A stretch of 64,000 nt of DNA from Thermomicrobiales bacterium (GTDB lineage: Bacteria; Chloroflexota; Chloroflexia; Thermomicrobiales; UBA6265), in NCBI GenBank assembly GCA_050696075.1, contig JBOGUF010000045.1, forward strand, positions 13,129 to 77,128. Direction: 5' to 3'. A program made the position numbers and the translations under genes. A model generated the notes under the pieces. The model searched no databases. It was not told the origin of the DNA and saw nothing but the letters and a program-made list of their open reading frames with translations. Positions 9,336 to 17,556 of the stretch are shown one piece after another (position 1 is the first letter of the stretch; every line of letters starts with the position of its first letter).

Positions 9336-9934
9336 CTCGTCACCTGGTCGATGGCGCCGGCAATGAGACGGGCAACGCGTTGGCTCCGCTCCAGGGCGGC
9401 CTGCCGGAGCAGCGTGCGGGTCGTCAGTCCCCGTTCGATGGCCTGCCTGACCGCGAGCTCGATTTGCTCCGGGCCGATGCCCACCTCGGCCGCGTCGAGA
9501 ATCGTCCGTGTGGCCGACGTGAGCCGAATGCCGTCGCGGACAGCGATGTCGCCCGGCTGGAGGGACTTGGACGTGGTGTGGATAGTCAGACCCGGCAGCG
9601 TCGCCAGATAACGCTTCGAGCGCGGCACCGTGAGGTGGATGCTATCAGGGATCACGTCGCTCAGGCCGTACAGGTCGAGCGCGCTCTCGTGCGACACCAC
9701 GGCCACGTCCTTGCCGACGGCGAGCCAGGCGGCGGCGACCTCGTCCCGCGGCGAGGACGGGTAGTCGCGAAAGCGATAGAGCCCTCGGTGGGTTCGAGTA
9801 AACTTACCGCTTCGCGTATGATATGTGAGCAGATTCCAGTTGAAACCGCAGGCACGGGCTTGTGCGGTTGTAAAGTAACCGTGCTGCCCGGACGCGGTCG
9901 CGAAGAGGCAGGAAAGATCTGGGTCGCTGGCCAT
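9332..9934 (-). CDS. abiEi: AbiEi-family antitoxin / transcriptional regulator
   Basis: The track ORF is 9332-9973. The N-terminal wHTH-type segment SGQHGYFTTAQARACGFNWNLLTYHTRSGKFTRTHRGLYRF is typical of AbiEi_4. I prefer the ATG at 9934 (MASDPDL...) because the 9946 and 9973 starts would place an inverted repeat inside the coding region. Confidence 0.75.
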   Translation of the reverse strand: MASDPDLSCLFATASGQHGYFTTAQARACGFNWNLLTYHTRSGKFTRTHRGLYRFRDYPSSPRDEVAAAWLAVGKDVAVVSHESALDLYGLSDVIPDSIHLTVPRSKRYLATLPGLTIHTTSKSLQPGDIAVRDGIRLTSATRTILDAAEVGIGPEQIELAVRQAIERGLTTRTLLRQAALERSQRVARLIAGAIDQVTR

Positions 9935-9944
9935 CGTGTCATCC

Positions 9945-9969
9945 ATTCCTTCAGTATATTTGAAGGAAT
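9945..9969. promoter_or_regulatory. perfect 9-bp inverted repeat (ATTCCTTCA-N7-TGAAGGAAT), candidate AbiEi operator in the abiE / helicase divergent region
   Basis: Read directly from the sequence: ATTCCTTCA at 9945-9953, spacer GTATATT, TGAAGGAAT at 9961-9969. It sits in the only AT-rich patch between the abiEi start and the helicase start (10026). AbiEi proteins are known autorepressors that bind inverted repeats. Confidence 0.35.
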
Positions 9970-10025
9970 CCATGACAGACCAGGACCAGCGAAACCTACT
10001 GCAATGTGGGACCGGGAGGGTAAGG

Positions 10026-13000
10026 ATGTCGCTTGACGTTTTCGCGCTCCGCGATCGCGTCGTCGGCGAGTATCGCGACTACTTCGAGAGCTTCGTCCGC
10101 ATCCTCGACGAGCGGATCGACGGCTTCGTCCGCGATTCGCTCCGCGACGGCGAGCTCTGGCCCGACGCCGTCCTCCAGCTCAACCCCGCCTACGAGCGCG
10201 GACAGACGCTCGGCGAGTTAGCCAATCAGGGTCTTATCGCCCGCGAGACTGCCCGGTTCTTCGGCCCCAACTTGCGGCTCCACAGGCACCAGGAGGAGGC
10301 GCTCGGCATCGCCCAGTGCAGCGAGCCCTACATCGTCAGCACCGGGACCGGCTCCGGCAAGAGCCTCACCTATCTCCTGCCCATCGTCGACCATGTCTTT
10401 CGTCACAACCCTGATCGCCCGACGGTTCGCGCGGTCATCGTCTACCCGATGAACGCTTTGGTAAACAGCCAGATCGACGCGCTCGAACACTTCAAGCGGG
10501 AGAACTGGCCGGACAGTCCGCTCCACTTTGCCCGCTACACCGGCCAGGAGCGTGACGCGGAGCGCGAGGCGATCATCAACAACCCGCCGCACATCCTCCT
10601 CACCAATTACGTCATGCTGGAGTACATGCTCCTCCGCCCCCACGAGCGGACGCTGCTCCGGACCGCGACCAAGGAGCTGAGCTTCCTCGTCATCGACGAG
10701 CTGCATGTCTACCGTGGCCGCCAGGGCGCCGACGTTGCGATGCTCACGCGTCGCGTTCGTCAGAAGGCGGGTCAGGACATCCAGCTCGTCGGCACCAGCG
10801 CCACGATCGCGACCGGCGGCTCCCGCGACGATCGCCAGGCGCGCATCGCCGACGTCGGTTCAACCCTCTTCGGCGTCCGCGTTCCTGCCGCGAACGTCGT
10901 GGACGAGACGCTCCAGCGGATCGCCGCCGTTGCCGTCCCGAGGACCCAAGCGGAGTTGCGCACGGCAGTGCAGTTGCCGCCGCCCGCGCCGTCGGATGCC
11001 GGCGTGCGGAACCACCCGCTCGCCGCCTGGCTCGAAGAGACGTTCGGCCTCCAAGAGGAAGACGGGCGCCTGATCCGGCGAGAGCCGGTCACCTTCACCG
11101 ATGGTCTCAAGCGGCTGGTTGAGGCAAGCGGTTTGCCGACGGATCTTTGTCGCGAGCGCCTCATGGCTGCCCTGGAGGCAGGGAATGCCGTCCGCACCAA
11201 TACCGGCGATCCGCTCTTTGCCTTCCGCCTCCACCAATTCCTCGCCTCAGGCAGCAGCGTCTACGCGACGATCGAGCAGCCCGACAGCCGCCAGCTCACA
11301 CTTGCAGGGCAGTTCGTCGCGCCGGACGAAGACGATATCGAGGAAGGGAGCGCCGGTGAGCAGCCAAAGCTCCTCTATCCGCTGGCCTTCTGCCGCGACT
11401 GCGGCCAGGAGTATTACCTGGTCTCTCGCGCCGATCTCGACGGTGGCGAGCGCCTGCTCCCCCGCCTCCCGCTCCTGAACGCTCCGGACGACGAATTACC
11501 CGGCATGTACGGTTTCTTCGCTGTGGAGACCGGCGACCTCTGGCCCGAGGAAACGCCCGGCGATACTCGCCGCCTGACCCAACTTCCCGAGTTCTGGTTC
11601 GAGCAGCGCAAATCCGGACCGAAGGTTCGGCAGCGGTACGAGGAGCACATTCCGCTTGAGCTATGGGCGCATCCCAGCGGCGCCGTCAGCTGGGAGCCGG
11701 TGCAGGGCGCGGTTCATGGTTGGTTCCAGGCACGTCCCTTGATGCTGTGCCTTCGCTGCCGTGCCAGCTACACCCTTAGAGACAAGAGCGACTTCCGCAA
11801 GCTCGCCACCCTCAGTCAGACCGGGCGCTCGACCGCAACGACCATCCTGAGCAATGCCGCGGTCGGCGGGCTCCGGGCGGCCCATCCCGAGGACCGCGGT
11901 GGCAACAAGGTCCTCAGCTTCACCGACAACCGCCAGGATGCCTCCCTCCAGGCGGGCCATCTCAATGACTTCGCGCAAATTACGCTCCTGCGTGGCGCCC
12001 TCTCCCGTGCGCTGACCGAGCAAGACGAGTTGACCTTTTCGCGGCTCGGTCCCGCGATCCTTGCCGCGCTCGGTCCCAAGCCCGAGGAGTTCATGCGGGA
12101 ACCGGTTGACTCCGGTCCAGGACACGACAGCGCGCGGGCCGTGATGGTCAATCTCCTCACGTACCGGGCATTTGAGGATCTTCGGCGCGCCTGGCGGATT
12201 GCCCAGCCGAATCTCGAACAGGTTGGGTTGCTCTCGCTCCGCTACGCGGGAATGGAGGAGCTTGCCCTTGATGATGCGCGCTGGTCCGACGTGCCGGTAT
12301 TGGCAGCCGCGAGCGGTCATAAGCGGTGGGAGGTTCTTCAGGCGATCCTCGATCACCTTCGTGGACTGCTCGTCATCGACGCCGAGTGCCTCCAAGCCGA
12401 GAGCACCCGCGAGTTGGTCAATCGAGCCAACCAATGGCTACGCACGCCCTGGTCGATCGATCGCCGCGAGCGGCTGCGGGAAAGCGTCATCGCGCGACTG
12501 CCCGGCATAGGCATGCCCGAGCACGACCGGGACTCAACGATCGGCCTCAGTTACCGTTCTACATTAGGACGCTACCTTCGCTCCCGCCACACCTGGGATC
12601 TGCCGAGCGATCTCTCGGCAACCGATGTGGATGCGATGGTGCTCGGCATCGTCGCCGTGTTGCGCGGCCACGTTCTTACCGTTGTTACGAAGGATGGGGA
12701 GGACTACGGCGTCCAGATCAAGGCGGACGTGGTCCGCTGGCAGCGCGGCGATGGCCGAGCCGCGGGCCTCGATCCGGTCCGCGCCAGGGCTCTCCATAAG
12801 CGGCGCCTGGAGATGCTCTCGACCGAACCGAACGCGTTTTTCTCGCGCCTCTATCAAGAGCCATCTCGCCTTCTCGCGGGTATCACCGGCGCCGAGCACA
12901 CCGGCCAGGTTGACAGGGAGACCCGGTTGGTGCGCGAGCGTGAGTTCAAAGCCGGGCAACTGGCCGCGATGTTCTGCTCGCCGACGATGGAGCTGGGCGT

Positions 13001-15194
13001 CGACATTTCGGACCTCGGCGTCGTCCACATGCGCAACGTCCCGCGCACGCCCGCCAACTACGCGCAACGCAGCGGGCGTGCCGGCCGTGGCGGAAAGCCG
13101 GCGCTCGTCCTCACCTTCGCCAGCCAGGGCAACGCGCACGACCAGTACTTCTTCCGTCGGCGGCAGGCGATGATCGCCGGATCCGTCGCACCTAATCGCA
13201 TGGATCTCGGCAACCGGGAGCTGGTCGAGGCGCACCTCCACTCCGTCTGGCTCGCCGCAATTGGTCTCTCCCTGGGCAATTCGGTCGCCGATGTCCTCGA
13301 CCTCGGCCAGCTGAACTTCCCGATCGAGGCTGAGAAGTGGGCGAATCTGCTTCGGACGACGGAGAGCCATCGGTCCGATGTCGTTGCCGCTTTCCGCGAG
13401 ATCACCGCCGCCGACCCGACCATTACCTCCGCCGACTGGTTTACCGACGAATGGCTGGTCCAGACCGTCAGGGACGCGCCCGACGCGTTGAATGTTGCCT
13501 TTGAGCGTTGGCGCGATCTGTACCGGGCCGCTGTCGCCCTCCGCGACGAGGCCCGCCGCAAGATCGATCTGCCGCGATTGCCGCGAAAAGATCGCCAGGA
13601 CGCCGAACGCCAGGAGCAGGAAGCGAAACGCGAAGTCGATCTCCTCTTGAATCAGGGCGATTACACCGAATCGGACTTCTACCCCTATCGCTACCTCGCA
13701 ACCGAAGGCTTCCTCCCCGGCTACAACTTCCCGCGATTGCCACTCCGCGTCTTGGTCTCAGTGCGGGACAGCGCCCAATCGATCGATAGGCCGCGCTTTC
13801 TCGGCCTCTCTGAGTTCGGTCCCTGGAATGTCATCTACCATGAGGGGCGCAAGCACCGCGTATCGTCCTGTATCGTGCCTCCGGGCGGTTTCGACGCCCG
13901 CATCACCAGCGCCCGGCTCTGCAACGAGTGCGGCTACGTCCATCCCGCCAGCGAGGGACCGGTCGATCTCTGCGTCTGTTGCGGCACGATCCTCGATGCG
14001 AAGACATCTGAGTATCCACAGGCACTGCTGGAGCAGCCGACGGCGAAAGCACGCCAGCAGGAGCGGATCTCCTCAGATGAGGAGGAACGTGCCCGCGAGG
14101 GGTATCACATTACGACCCACTACCGCTTCTCGCCGGGGGCGAGTGCCCGTCGTGCCGAGGCGCGAGACGCCTCCGGCGAATGGTCGCTCCTGGAGATCGA
14201 ATACGCGCCTCGTGCGGAGCTTTGGCGCATCAACCACGGCTGGCGTCGATCCGCGGCGCGGGCCGGGTTTACGATCGATGCCGAACGTGGCCGGTGGGGT
14301 AAGCGCGAGGACGACGATCTTGAAGGTGAAAACGGAGACGAGCCAGGACTCCAGACCGTGAGAACCGGGGTCAAGACCTACGTCACCGACAGCCGCAACA
14401 TCCTCCTGTTGCGCCCCATTGCTCCCTCCGCACAGAACGAGGCATTCCTGAAGAGCCTTGCCTTCGCCTTGCAGCGAGGCATCCAGGTGGCATACCAGGT
14501 CGAGGAGAGCGAAGTCGCCATTGAGCTGATCGGCGAAGGCAGCCACCTTCGATTGCTACTCTGGGAAGCCGCGGAGGGCGGCACTGGTGTTTGGGAGCGA
14601 ATGTTGGAGGAGCCGGACTCGTTCGCCGAAGTCGCGAAGGAGGCGCTCCAGGTCTGTCACTTCGATCCAGAGACCGGAGAGCCGGATGCGGAATGGGGCC
14701 GCCGCTGCAAGTACGCTTGCTATGACTGCCTGCTCAGCTACAGCAATCAGTTGGAACACCGATTCCTCAACCGGCATCTTGTCAAGGACTATCTCCGTGA
14801 ACTAGCCACGTCGAGAGTCCAGAGTGCGACGGCGGGCCGCCCCTATGACGAGCAGTACCGATGGCTGCTCGACCGCATCGACCCGGCTTCCAGCCTGGAA
14901 CGCGAGTTCGTCGCATTCCTCCATGCGGAGAAGCTTCGCTTGCCGGACTTCGCCCAGCACCGGCCGCGCTCCGACGTGCCTGTCCAACCAGACTTCTACT
15001 ACGAACGCGATGGTCTGAACGGAGTCTGTGTCTTTGTCGACGGCCCTCACCACGACACCCCAACTCAAACAGCCAAGGACCAGGAGCTACGAGATGCCCT
15101 CGCTGACGAAGGCTTTCGCGTCGTCGTCATCCGGCACGGCCGACCCTTCGACGAGCAGGTCGCACGATACCCCGACGTGTTCGGCCCCGGTTGA
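10026..15194 (+). CDS. giant DExH helicase fused to a DUF1998/MZB-type zinc domain and a C-terminal DUF559/Vsr-like PD-(D/E)xK domain (DrmA+DrmB-like or DruE-like)
   Basis: The track ORF is 9936-15194. I prefer ATG 10026, which follows GGGAGGG at 10013-10019.
- Helicase core: Walker A IVSTGTGSGKSLTYLLP, DExH FLVIDELHVYRG, LVGTSATIA.
- A distant RecA2 lobe: FCSPTMELGVDISDLGVVHMRNVPRTPANYAQRSGRAGRGGK.
- DUF1998-type segment: YRYLATEGFLPGYNFPRLP followed by CNECGYV...CVCCG.
- C-terminus: VQPDFYYERDGLNGVCVFVDGPHHDTPTQTAKDQELRDALADEGFRVVVIRH. Confidence 0.85.
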   Translation: MSLDVFALRDRVVGEYRDYFESFVRILDERIDGFVRDSLRDGELWPDAVLQLNPAYERGQTLGELANQGLIARETARFFGPNLRLHRHQEEALGIAQCSEPYIVSTGTGSGKSLTYLLPIVDHVFRHNPDRPTVRAVIVYPMNALVNSQIDALEHFKRENWPDSPLHFARYTGQERDAEREAIINNPPHILLTNYVMLEYMLLRPHERTLLRTATKELSFLVIDELHVYRGRQGADVAMLTRRVRQKAGQDIQLVGTSATIATGGSRDDRQARIADVGSTLFGVRVPAANVVDETLQRIAAVAVPRTQAELRTAVQLPPPAPSDAGVRNHPLAAWLEETFGLQEEDGRLIRREPVTFTDGLKRLVEASGLPTDLCRERLMAALEAGNAVRTNTGDPLFAFRLHQFLASGSSVYATIEQPDSRQLTLAGQFVAPDEDDIEEGSAGEQPKLLYPLAFCRDCGQEYYLVSRADLDGGERLLPRLPLLNAPDDELPGMYGFFAVETGDLWPEETPGDTRRLTQLPEFWFEQRKSGPKVRQRYEEHIPLELWAHPSGAVSWEPVQGAVHGWFQARPLMLCLRCRASYTLRDKSDFRKLATLSQTGRSTATTILSNAAVGGLRAAHPEDRGGNKVLSFTDNRQDASLQAGHLNDFAQITLLRGALSRALTEQDELTFSRLGPAILAALGPKPEEFMREPVDSGPGHDSARAVMVNLLTYRAFEDLRRAWRIAQPNLEQVGLLSLRYAGMEELALDDARWSDVPVLAAASGHKRWEVLQAILDHLRGLLVIDAECLQAESTRELVNRANQWLRTPWSIDRRERLRESVIARLPGIGMPEHDRDSTIGLSYRSTLGRYLRSRHTWDLPSDLSATDVDAMVLGIVAVLRGHVLTVVTKDGEDYGVQIKADVVRWQRGDGRAAGLDPVRARALHKRRLEMLSTEPNAFFSRLYQEPSRLLAGITGAEHTGQVDRETRLVREREFKAGQLAAMFCSPTMELGVDISDLGVVHMRNVPRTPANYAQRSGRAGRGGKPALVLTFASQGNAHDQYFFRRRQAMIAGSVAPNRMDLGNRELVEAHLHSVWLAAIGLSLGNSVADVLDLGQLNFPIEAEKWANLLRTTESHRSDVVAAFREITAADPTITSADWFTDEWLVQTVRDAPDALNVAFERWRDLYRAAVALRDEARRKIDLPRLPRKDRQDAERQEQEAKREVDLLLNQGDYTESDFYPYRYLATEGFLPGYNFPRLPLRVLVSVRDSAQSIDRPRFLGLSEFGPWNVIYHEGRKHRVSSCIVPPGGFDARITSARLCNECGYVHPASEGPVDLCVCCGTILDAKTSEYPQALLEQPTAKARQQERISSDEEERAREGYHITTHYRFSPGASARRAEARDASGEWSLLEIEYAPRAELWRINHGWRRSAARAGFTIDAERGRWGKREDDDLEGENGDEPGLQTVRTGVKTYVTDSRNILLLRPIAPSAQNEAFLKSLAFALQRGIQVAYQVEESEVAIELIGEGSHLRLLLWEAAEGGTGVWERMLEEPDSFAEVAKEALQVCHFDPETGEPDAEWGRRCKYACYDCLLSYSNQLEHRFLNRHLVKDYLRELATSRVQSATAGRPYDEQYRWLLDRIDPASSLEREFVAFLHAEKLRLPDFAQHRPRSDVPVQPDFYYERDGLNGVCVFVDGPHHDTPTQTAKDQELRDALADEGFRVVVIRHGRPFDEQVARYPDVFGPG

Positions 15195-15429
15195 AGCCTC
15201 ACCTCGTATCTGCGTCAACTCATGCGAAGCCCCGTTTGCTCACAGCATGGTGACAAAGTGAGGTGAGCTGCCCCAGTGGTCGCACGACACGCCAGGGCAG
15301 CGGCTTCCCGTGCGCGCGTATGAGGGACAGGGGCAGGGCTGATTAGCGCGTCGCCGGCGGCGTATTCTTCGAAATCATTAGCAGTTTGCGCAACTCTGCA
15401 TGCTGGCGCATGCGAGAGAAGGCAGCGAG

Positions 15430-16035
15430 ATGGGTGGCTACGGATCAGGCACCAGGCTCTTCAAGAAACCATCGACCGACCGGGCGTTCGCGCTCGACGT
15501 GCGCCAGCTTGCGCGACGCGGCGGACTGGCGCCCGGCGACCACACCTACACGTGGCCCGGTCTCCTCGGCGATGCGGTGGTTGCATACTCCGTCGAAGGC
15601 GACACGCTGACCCTCGCGTACCAGATCAGTTCGCCATTCGACGGCGATCGGCACGTGCGGCAGCCGGTCGCGCTGGTCCGCACGCCCTGTCACTACGGGG
15701 GCGAGCGCCCGTGGTTTGCGTGTCCAGGTTGCGGCGGTCGCGTCGCCGTCCTACACCTGCTTGGACTGCACTTCCGTTGCCGACGTTGCCACGGCTTGGT
15801 CTACGCCTCGACACGCGAGGACCAGGGACGGCGCCAGTTCCGCAAGGCCAACCGCCTGCGCGCCCAGCTCGGCGCTCCGCCGGTCCTGGGCCTCATTCCT
15901 CGACGGCCGGCGTGGCTGAGTTGGCGCCGGTACTGGCGCACCGTTGACCGCATTCGAGAACTGGACGCCCAATACCTCGACGGGATGGACGCCCACGTTG
16001 CGACCTTGCGCCAGGCCGCAGGACTCGACACGTGA
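15430..16035 (+). CDS. hypothetical zinc-ribbon protein
   Basis: The track ORF is 15400-16035. I prefer ATG 15430 (MGGYGSG...). CHYGGERPWFACPGCGGRVAVLHLLGLHFRCRRCHGLVYAS is a CxxC...CxxC ribbon. From memory it resembles a widespread uncharacterised family. Confidence 0.5.
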   Translation: MGGYGSGTRLFKKPSTDRAFALDVRQLARRGGLAPGDHTYTWPGLLGDAVVAYSVEGDTLTLAYQISSPFDGDRHVRQPVALVRTPCHYGGERPWFACPGCGGRVAVLHLLGLHFRCRRCHGLVYASTREDQGRRQFRKANRLRAQLGAPPVLGLIPRRPAWLSWRRYWRTVDRIRELDAQYLDGMDAHVATLRQAAGLDT

Positions 16036-16701
16036 GTTCCGCATGGGCTTCAGAATCGTCGCGTACCTGCGAGAGAGGCGCGAGGGAACCCCTCCCCACC
16101 CCGCACATTCGGACAATCCACGAAAAGTCCTCCCGTACACGGGAGGGCTAGGGGGGAGCGGCACGATCCCTCGATGCGACGGGAGCTTGTGAGCCCAAGC
16201 GATTGGATGTGCAGGTCGGGTCTGGTAGATCGCTCGTCGATATGCACGGACGGGCCATCCCCGGCCACTCTCGCGCCGCATCTGCAACACGACGCCTCGT
16301 TCTCCACCGGGGACGGAAGGAGAGGAATCAACCGCCTGCTAGATCGAAACGGCTGCTGTCGCCATTCGATGGGAGCTTATCGGCGCTCTGACGCCACGTC
16401 CCGGCGATTCCGCTTTCATCTGAGCAGAGCACAGGTGGCTGCACATCACCATATTCAATGTGCGACCGATAATGCGTCTGTTGCTGGGGTGCTCGGGGCA
16501 ACAAGATGCTGTGTCAGGCGGACGTGTTTGCACGGTTCAGCAGGAAGGGCTGTCCTCCTGTCCATGATCCGCTCGCTGCGTAATATCCTCCGGCCTCCCC
16601 GCCTCCCGGCGACTCGGATGAAAAAAGAAGGATGGGTATGGGGAGCAGGGCAGAGGCAAGTCAGATGCCGGGTCGATGCGTGGCGGCGACGGGTGCCGAG
16701 T

Positions 16702-16730
16702 GAGGGAAGCGGTGAACCTCCGCTTCCCTC
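16702..16730 (-). terminator. GC-rich hairpin just downstream of the leftward operon
   Basis: GAGGGAAGCGG-tgaacct-CCGCTTCCCTC forms a perfect 11-bp stem. It lies 10 nt beyond the stop of the 16740-17327 gene. There is no U-tract on either strand. Confidence 0.35.
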
Positions 16731-16739
16731 GGGTGGTGG

Positions 16740-17327
16740 TTAGTGGTCCGGCTGCACGCCGAAGAGCGCCAGGCAGCGGGCAAGCTGCGGCTCGTTCGCC
16801 GTGCCGTAGAAGAAGTGATAGCGCAGCGCGCCATCGTGGGCCGGCTTGACCACCCAGCAGGCGGGACCGGTCACGAAGACGTGCGGGTGATCGAACAGGT
16901 CATCCGGGCCGGCCTCGGGCCGATAGACAACCTCCCAGCCGTTCGCCCTGACCTGGAAGTGCGGACAGTCGCGGGTGTAGGTGACGCTGGCCGCGCCGAT
17001 GGCCTTCGCCTGGGCGAGGGCGAGTTGCATCAGCTTGGGTTTGCCGATGAGGTCGCAGCCATGCAGGGTGGCCAGGTCGACGGTCACGGGCACGTGGCGG
17101 ATGAGCTCATCGCTGTAGGCGTCGGCGCGGCCGGCGCGGTGGGCGTAGTCGCTGCCGTGGGTGTGTCGATCGAGCGGGGCGTTCAGGCTGGCATGGATGG
17201 CATCGCGCATGGTGCGCAGCGCGGCGAGGCCGCCGGCGACCTGGGGCGCTTCGCGGGCACCGTCCCGAAACCCGCGGCGGTAGGCGTCCGCGTACTCGTC
17301 GGCAAGGGCCAGATCGTAACCGATCAT
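16740..17327 (-). CDS. hypothetical protein
   Basis: The track ORF is 16740-17597. I prefer ATG 17327 (MIGYDLALADEY...) because the upstream 90 codons are Arg/Pro/Ser-rich and non-protein-like. No recognisable motif. Confidence 0.4.
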   Translation of the reverse strand: MIGYDLALADEYADAYRRGFRDGAREAPQVAGGLAALRTMRDAIHASLNAPLDRHTHGSDYAHRAGRADAYSDELIRHVPVTVDLATLHGCDLIGKPKLMQLALAQAKAIGAASVTYTRDCPHFQVRANGWEVVYRPEAGPDDLFDHPHVFVTGPACWVVKPAHDGALRYHFFYGTANEPQLARCLALFGVQPDH

Positions 17328-17556
17328 CGTCAGGCATCCTTTCACGCATAGGGGACGTTGCGATCGGGAGAGCGCCGCCGGCTGGGCGGGGACACGGCGC
17401 CATGTCCCCGCCGTGCGGCGCGTCGTCGCGTCAACCTCGCTGGGGCAGGTGGTCAGGCGGCTGGCCGTCGGACCTGGCATGCGATCACACCGGACGAATC
17501 GCGCCGAGCCGGGGGCGAGGAGGGAGCGACCGGCGTTGGTCGCTCCCCGGTGAGGG

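Noticed and set aside
1006-15194. Alternative classifications of the defence cluster as BREX, or as a type I, type III or type ISP restriction-modification system.
   Set aside because: - There are no PglZ, BrxC/PglY, BrxL or BrxA-like genes, which argues against BREX.
- There are no HsdS/HsdR or Res subunits, which argues against type I and type III R-M.
- The MTase has no recognisable N-terminal Mrr/PD-(D/E)xK plus helicase fusion of the type ISP kind.
- The SNF2 plus DUF1998-helicase combination points to DISARM/Druantia-type systems.
16174-16743. 189-aa plus-strand ORF in the 16-kb gap.
   Set aside because: It has a Cys/Arg-rich, non-protein-like composition and no SD, and it reads through the terminator hairpin. 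I treated the region as non-coding and reported it as an unexplained gap.
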